A stretch of 48,715 bases of DNA from a virus. The position numbers were made by a program, and so were the translations under genes. Position 1 is the first letter of the stretch, and each line of letters opens with the position of its first letter. This document shows, in pieces, positions 44,779 to 48,715 of the stretch. The notes beneath the pieces were generated by a model. The model saw only the letters and a program-made list of their open reading frames with translations. It was not told the DNA's origin and searched no databases. The stretch lies in the UHGV virus genome UHGV-0199265; one strand, given 5' to 3'.

Positions 44779-45617
44779 GATGGGATTTCAGTCTGCCCGT
44801 AGTCCTTCCCTGCGAAATTTTCGGCAACTCGCACCTGTTGACTTGGTTGAGGCTTGGCACCATTTGGCTCAAACAGGCCTTGCCAGCCATTGGCGATGCT
44901 GCGGTTGATAATTTCTTCGGGCGCGTAACCGTTCAGTCTGCAGCGGTCCAGCAGGTTGATAGCCTGGGTGACCGTCTGCTGAGACTTGATCGGCTTTTTC
45001 AGGTCGCGACGATATGCCACCCATGACGACCAGATTTCTGCAGAAAGCCAGTCAGGCAACTGAACAGCTAACGCATCGAACGAAACCGCCCGTGGGGATT
45101 TAGGGGGGTTATTAATATTGTCTTTATTGTCTTTTGTATGTTTGTATTTTGTGTTTACCTGATTCGGGTAATAGGCGTTACCTGATTCTGGTAAACTTTT
45201 CTTACCTGATTCGGGTAATGTTACCTTTTTCAGGTAAGGTTTTTTTTCTGTACCTTTTACGGGTAAAGATGACCATTCGCTGACCGTTTTATTAATCCCG
45301 ATAACACGACCGGTTTGAGTTAATATCCCCCGCTTAACCAGGACGCTTTTTGCAGCTGAGCACTTATGCGGGAGAATGCCGGTCAGCTCCGAGAGCTGCT
45401 CGTTACTGACCCAGTCAGATTTCTTGTTGAAGCCGTATGTTTTGCGCATGACAGCCATGAACACCAAAAGCTGATGCTGCGACAGACCCGCACGCATGAC
45501 AGCTTCAAGGAGCTCATTGGCGATGCGCGTAAACCCATCGTCGAGATCTGCCACGCGCAGCTCCTGTAGTGCCACGACAGGCACAGGGAAATTGATTACT
45601 TCGACAGTATTTGCCAT
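44763..45617 (-). CDS. O: Replication initiator O-like protein
   Basis: N-terminus VADLDDGFTRIANELLEA...LLVFMAVMRKTYGFNK...NEQLSELTGI matches lambda O N-domain; iterons embedded in the gene. Confidence 0.8.
   Translation of the reverse strand: MANTVEVINFPVPVVALQELRVADLDDGFTRIANELLEAVMRAGLSQHQLLVFMAVMRKTYGFNKKSDWVSNEQLSELTGILPHKCSAAKSVLVKRGILTQTGRVIGINKTVSEWSSLPVKGTEKKPYLKKVTLPESGKKSLPESGNAYYPNQVNTKYKHTKDNKDNINNPPKSPRAVSFDALAVQLPDWLSAEIWSSWVAYRRDLKKPIKSQQTVTQAINLLDRCRLNGYAPEEIINRSIANGWQGLFEPNGAKPQPSQQVRVAENFAGKDYGQTEIPSWARD
45155..45237. repeat. Replication origin iterons: four 17-bp dyad repeats TTACC-N7-GGTAA, then AT-rich stretch (45090-45150)
   Basis: TTACCTGATTCGGGTAA at 45155 and 45202, TTACCTGATTCTGGTAA at 45178, TTACCTTTTTCAGGTAA at 45221; spacing 23/24/19 bp. 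Confidence 0.75.
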
Positions 45618-45651
45618 AATTACTCCTGTGAATTTGTTCAGTTAATTCGCA

Positions 45652-45942
45652 TCAGGCCTCAAAGTGTTGCGAGCACTTTGGGGCCATCTCTTTTCTAAGC
45701 AGGCTTGCTACTTCTTTCGCCAGTCGAGACATATCGTCATCGACCACTCCCCACTCCAAGACCGCCAGTAACATCGCTATTTTCGGAATCCAGGTTTCCT
45801 TCCATTTACTGATGCTCGACTTTGTAAGACCCATGGCATTGGCCACATTGGTCGTCCCCTTCATTGCGATTTGGTTATGCAGCCATGACTCAATATTCCT
45901 GGCCTGGTGTTTGTTTCGTGCTGTTGAATTCTCCATCTGCAA
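45652..45942 (-). CDS. cII: CII-like transcriptional activator
   Basis: WKETWIPKIAMLLAVLEWGVVDDDMSRLAKEV vs lambda CII WKRDWIPKFSMLLAVLEWGVVDDDMARLARQV. Confidence 0.8.
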   Translation of the reverse strand: MQMENSTARNKHQARNIESWLHNQIAMKGTTNVANAMGLTKSSISKWKETWIPKIAMLLAVLEWGVVDDDMSRLAKEVASLLRKEMAPKCSQHFEA

Positions 45943-45961
45943 TACTTCCTCTGGTGTTGTT

Positions 45962-46003
45962 TGGAATGGCTGAATTACTCAGTCAGAACCCGCTGACTGC
46001 TCA
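45962..46003 (-). promoter_or_regulatory. Long bipartite RNA hairpin between cro and cII (candidate nutR/put-like or tR1-associated element)
   Basis: GCTGAATT-gag-CAGTCAG-cgggtt-CTGACTG-agt-AATTCAGC; 15 bp of stem. Confidence 0.35.
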
Positions 46004-46015
46004 ATTCAGCTTTGT

Positions 46016-46207
46016 TTAATCAGGATTTCTGTTATGTGGGAAAGGCTTGATCTCTTCAGCCTTAATTTTTCCATCAGGCAGGGTGTTAACGAAAATCTTC
46101 CGTCCTACCCGGATAGCTTTACTAATTGCGGTCTGGTGAACGCCGATGGCATCAGCAGCTCTTGCCTGTCCAACTTCGTCAACGTATTCAGCTAAAGAAA
46201 TTTTCAT
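46016..46207 (-). CDS. cro: Cro-like repressor
   Basis: 63 aa from internal ATG with GGAG RBS; HTH QARAADAIGVHQTAISKAI; divergent from cI across the operator region. Confidence 0.7.
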   Translation of the reverse strand: MKISLAEYVDEVGQARAADAIGVHQTAISKAIRVGRKIFVNTLPDGKIKAEEIKPFPHNRNPD

Positions 46208-46238
46208 GTGGTTAGCTCCTATCAACTCATGAGCAAAC

Positions 46239-46300
46239 AATACCACAAGTATTAAACATTGCAATACCGCAAGCATTTTTAAAATAAGAGCATTGGTATT
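46239..46300. promoter_or_regulatory. OR region: three operator sites AATAC-N5-GTATT (46239-46253, 46263-46277, 46286-46300) with pR/pRM
   Basis: AATACcacaaGTATT, AATACcgcaaGCATT, AAGAGcattgGTATT; 23-24 bp centre spacing; minus-strand TTGCAA -35 for pR. Confidence 0.6.
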
Positions 46301-46311
46301 ACTATTTGAAA

Positions 46312-47022
46312 ATGGAAAAGAAAAAGACACTGACATCGGCTCAGATCGCTGACGCAGAAAGGCTGAAAGCCCTCTATGAAGCCAAGAAAAAAGAGCTTGG
46401 GATCACACAGCAATCAATAGCTGACATGCTAGACATATCTCAGGGTGGCGTTGGGCATTACCTGAATGGCAGGAATGCCCTTAATGCTGCCGTGGCTGCT
46501 GTTTTTGCCAGAGCCCTCCAGGTGGATGTCTCTGATTTTAGCCCCAGCCTTGCGAAAGAAATATCTGCAATGAGTGCTGCCGCTACATCGAATGCCAAGT
46601 ATGTAGGCCAGTACGCCCCAGGCATTAAATACCCTGTATTAAGCAAGATTCAGGCTGGGAATTGGTCGGAAGCGTGCGAGCCGTATGCACTTAAAGATAT
46701 CGATCTATGGCTCGAATCAGACGCTCACATCCAGGGGGAAGCGTTCTGGTTGTTGGTCGAGGGGGAATCCATGACTGCCCCGGTCGGGCTCAGCATACCT
46801 GAGGGTACATATGTTCTTTTTGATACCGGAAGGGAGCCGGTCAACGGAAGCCTCGTTATTGCAAAACTCTCGGAATCAAACGAGGCGACATTTAAAAAAC
46901 TGATCATTGATGGTGACCAGAAGTACCTGAAGGGCTTAAACCCTCAATGGCCATTGGTTCCCATCAACGGAAACTGTCGAATCATTGGTGTGGCCGTAGA
47001 AACTAAGTTAAGGCTTGTGTGA
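46312..47022 (+). CDS. cI: CI repressor (lambda cI-like, HTH + S24 autopeptidase domain)
   Basis: MEKKKTLTSAQIADAERLKALYEAKKKELGITQQSIAD...FWLLVEGESMTAP...TFKKLI parallels lambda CI throughout. Confidence 0.9.
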   Translation: MEKKKTLTSAQIADAERLKALYEAKKKELGITQQSIADMLDISQGGVGHYLNGRNALNAAVAAVFARALQVDVSDFSPSLAKEISAMSAAATSNAKYVGQYAPGIKYPVLSKIQAGNWSEACEPYALKDIDLWLESDAHIQGEAFWLLVEGESMTAPVGLSIPEGTYVLFDTGREPVNGSLVIAKLSESNEATFKKLIIDGDQKYLKGLNPQWPLVPINGNCRIIGVAVETKLRLV

Positions 47023-47080
47023 TCGGCAGCATGCCGCAGACTTACCGAAAACACGGTTGATACAGCAAGGAGTGCAGTTC

Positions 47081-47524
47081 ATGATTGAAGAAAAAATTCT
47101 TATCCTCTATCCCACGCTAGTCCAGGCGGGGCTTGCCATAACAGCCTATATGGCTCCAACGCCACTTATAACAGTAGGTAGCTTTGATTCTCCCTTGTCT
47201 TTTTATATAACTATGGCTGTTTTCCTAGATTCATCAAAAGAGTATGTAACTACCCTTGACGTTAAGCATAACGGTGATTCAGTTTTAGACTCGAACGCAA
47301 ACAATGACGAAAATCATTCGCAAAATTTTATGTTCACAAAACCTGATGAGAACAGTCTCCTTGTTGGAACTCAGTTGCATCTAAAAGGAGTTAAGCCTAC
47401 AACCCCAGGTACATATGACATAACTTTGGAGTTATTTGAAATAGATGAACAAAGCAGGCAGCATTTGGTTGATGAAAAGACTTGCTCTATAGTAATCGTT
47501 AAAACAACGTTGAGGGATCAATAG
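47081..47524 (+). CDS. AT-rich membrane/secreted protein of unknown function at the rexA position
   Basis: ATG at 47081 after AAGGAG; N-terminal hydrophobic segment ILILYPTLVQAGLAITAYMA; beta-rich remainder; GC far below genome average. Confidence 0.5.
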   Translation: MIEEKILILYPTLVQAGLAITAYMAPTPLITVGSFDSPLSFYITMAVFLDSSKEYVTTLDVKHNGDSVLDSNANNDENHSQNFMFTKPDENSLLVGTQLHLKGVKPTTPGTYDITLELFEIDEQSRQHLVDEKTCSIVIVKTTLRDQ

Positions 47525-47616
47525 TGACAGCAAGGATGTACAAGCTGAGGCCTGAAGATGAAGAACGAATCCCTCAACCACATAATAATGATGATGGAGG
47601 GGGCGGAGGAGACGAT

Positions 47617-47826
47617 ATGCTTCAGAGAGTGAAAGAACTTGAAAACAAAGTCGCAACCCTTGTAACCGATGTTGCAATCATCAAAGACAAGCTAGCTTCC
47701 AAGGAAGATATTCAGTCAGTAAAAACAGAGCTACATAAGGAGTTGAATGCTCAAACATGGAAAATCATTACAGCTATAGTGATAACCGTGTTACTAGCTG
47801 TTTTTTCTAAATATTTAATTAAATAA
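47617..47826 (+). CDS. XhlA-like small membrane protein (coiled-coil + C-terminal TM) at the rexB position
   Basis: ATG at 47617 after GAGGAG (the track ORF extends to 47524); LQRVKELENKVATL... then WKIITAIVITVLLAVF TM; AT-rich. Confidence 0.5.
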   Translation: MLQRVKELENKVATLVTDVAIIKDKLASKEDIQSVKTELHKELNAQTWKIITAIVITVLLAVFSKYLIK

Positions 47827-47850
47827 CCCGGCCACCGCGCCGGTTTTTTA
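47827..47850 (+). terminator. Intrinsic terminator after the immunity-region cassette (t-imm-like)
   Basis: CCGGC-caccgc-GCCGG-TTTTTT directly after stop. Confidence 0.55.
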
Positions 47851-47855
47851 TTGCC

Positions 47856-48059
47856 CTACTCTTCCCTCAGCATCAGCACGTCCAGAGCCAGCTCCACAGG
47901 CAGATCTACCTGGTCTCCCTGCCACAACATCTGAATCATCTCTATCAACGCCTCTCTTGATGGCTCGCGCTTCTCAACCAGCAGCTGCATAACCGCTATC
48001 CCGATAATCTGCGCTATCTGCGGATGCATTTCTGCGAAAAACTCATCCTCATTCGACAT
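47856..48059 (-). CDS. Hypothetical small protein (67 aa) between t-imm and OL, transcribed divergently from pL
   Basis: AAAGGGGTG RBS; acidic; no lambda counterpart at this position. Confidence 0.4.
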   Translation of the reverse strand: MSNEDEFFAEMHPQIAQIIGIAVMQLLVEKREPSREALIEMIQMLWQGDQVDLPVELALDVLMLREE

Positions 48060-48159
48060 GCCAACACCCCTTTATGATGTTTTTTTGAGCATAACAGCAC
48101 TCTTTACAAAAATAAATCAACTTTAAAATCATACCTTTAGTAGTTTTATTAAATTTCAT

Positions 48160-48201
48160 AATACTAGCGGTATTGATATAAAATAATACCCGGAGTATTA
48201 T
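48160..48201 (+). promoter_or_regulatory. OL/pL region: two operator sites AATAC-N5-GTATT (48160-48174, 48185-48199) overlapping TTGATA-N18-TATTAT promoter
   Basis: AATACtagcgGTATT and AATACccggaGTATT, same consensus as the OR sites; 25-bp centre spacing. Confidence 0.55.
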
Positions 48202-48280
48202 CATCTCATCCAAACAACAACGTTGGCGCCGGTAATAGGTAACAACGCTCCGTTAGCCGCGACAAGGCAAAGGTGAAGAG

Positions 48281-48388
48281 ATGATCCGCGAAGAAGACAA
48301 GCCTGCATGGCGTAATTTTTGGTTAAAGGTCGTTCCGTTTTTGGTTGCTGTTCTCGCAGTTAGCTATCCGTGCTGGGGTGGCAAATGA
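48281..48388 (+). CDS. Small hydrophobic peptide (35 aa), first gene after pL
   Basis: AGGTGA RBS; FWLKVVPFLVAVLAVSYPCW single TM; <60 aa so absent from track. Confidence 0.3.
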   Translation: MIREEDKPAWRNFWLKVVPFLVAVLAVSYPCWGGK

Positions 48389-48498
48389 GCAAACAAGGCA
48401 TTCGTTCACTGATTTACTGCCTGCTGATCTGCGGCGTTATCTGGACAGCGTTGATTATCAAAATTCTGCACGTTACGGGGGTGTTCAATGGCTAACTC
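48385..48498 (+). CDS. Small hydrophobic peptide (37 aa), Hok/type-I-toxin-like composition
   Basis: ATGA-coupled; SLIYCLLICGVIWTALIIKIL TM. Confidence 0.3.
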
Positions 48499-48682
48499 AA
48501 TTCCTAACAACGGACGCGCCGTGATGATGCGCAATCGCCGCACCGGTGCCGCCTGGCTGGTCAGCTTCGACTATCGCGACGGCAGCTACTGGCATGAGCC
48601 GCAGGGAAATCTGCGCCACATCCGCCGGCCATACGCTTCACGCAGTATCGAACCGAACCTGGTACCAGCCGGGACGCATTAA
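48488..48682 (+). CDS. Hypothetical basic protein (64 aa), possible N-like candidate
   Basis: Arg-rich N-terminal segment GRAVMMRNRRTGAAW; overlaps preceding peptide ORF. Confidence 0.3.
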   Translation: MANSIPNNGRAVMMRNRRTGAAWLVSFDYRDGSYWHEPQGNLRHIRRPYASRSIEPNLVPAGTH

Positions 48683-48715
48683 CCGCGCATATCAGCGCAC
48701 GAATTTAACTGAGCT

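Noticed and set aside
48200-48280. boxA-like CGCTCCGTTA followed by weak GCC...GGC stem downstream of pL as a nutL site
   Set aside because: Stem is only 3 bp and the boxA match is partial. Not reportable as a feature on its own; discussed under the antitermination finding.

Overview
The window reads as an essentially complete ~48.7-kb lambda-like mosaic temperate siphophage genome from an enterobacterial host. Genes are in phage (attP) order rather than host-flanked prophage order: the integrase and the tail-fibre genes converge at ~6.6-7.2 kb, and I did not recognise any host gene at either edge.

Layout:
1. A +-strand early-left operon starts at a pL/OL region (~48.16-48.20 kb). It runs off the right edge and continues at the left edge: tiny hydrophobic peptides, a coiled-coil protein, an Erf annealing protein, an HTH protein, an MT-A70 adenine methyltransferase, an ASCH protein, a NinX-like protein, a frameshifted TraR-like gene, Xis, and Int (5319-6590).
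2. A LexA-box-controlled two-gene SOS cassette (79-aa ORF plus a UmuD-like protein without the Ser/Lys dyad) sits at 6.6-7.2 kb.
3. A long minus-strand right operon runs from cro (46.2 kb) through cII, O (with four dyad iterons and an AT-rich ori), a DnaC-like loader, a nin region (NinB, NinE, Ser/Thr phosphatase, NinG, NinH-like), a Q-like antiterminator, a late promoter and tR-prime terminator, a phage-borne tRNA-Gly(UCC), and the lysis cassette (holin, GH24 endolysin, Rz/Rz1). It continues through PBSX-type terminase, portal, MuF-like protein, scaffold/protease, major capsid protein, head-tail connectors, major tail protein, chaperone, tape measure, K/L/M-like and J-like tail proteins, and an SGNH-esterase tailspike.
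4. The immunity region has cI (+) and cro (-) with three AATAC-N5-GTATT operators. The same motif occurs twice at OL. An AT-rich two-gene membrane-protein cassette occupies the lambda rexAB position.

Accessory content:
- A P22 immI-like arc-ant-mnt module with a sar-like antisense RNA candidate, plus a second antirepressor-like gene, a KilA-N protein and a secreted protein. All are inserted between the tail chaperone and tape-measure genes and bracketed by terminators.
- Several AT-rich morons (243-aa Cys-rich protein between lysis and packaging; 67-aa ORF inside the head cluster; 79-aa ORF in the nin region).
- Two different repeated gene-junction linker sequences.
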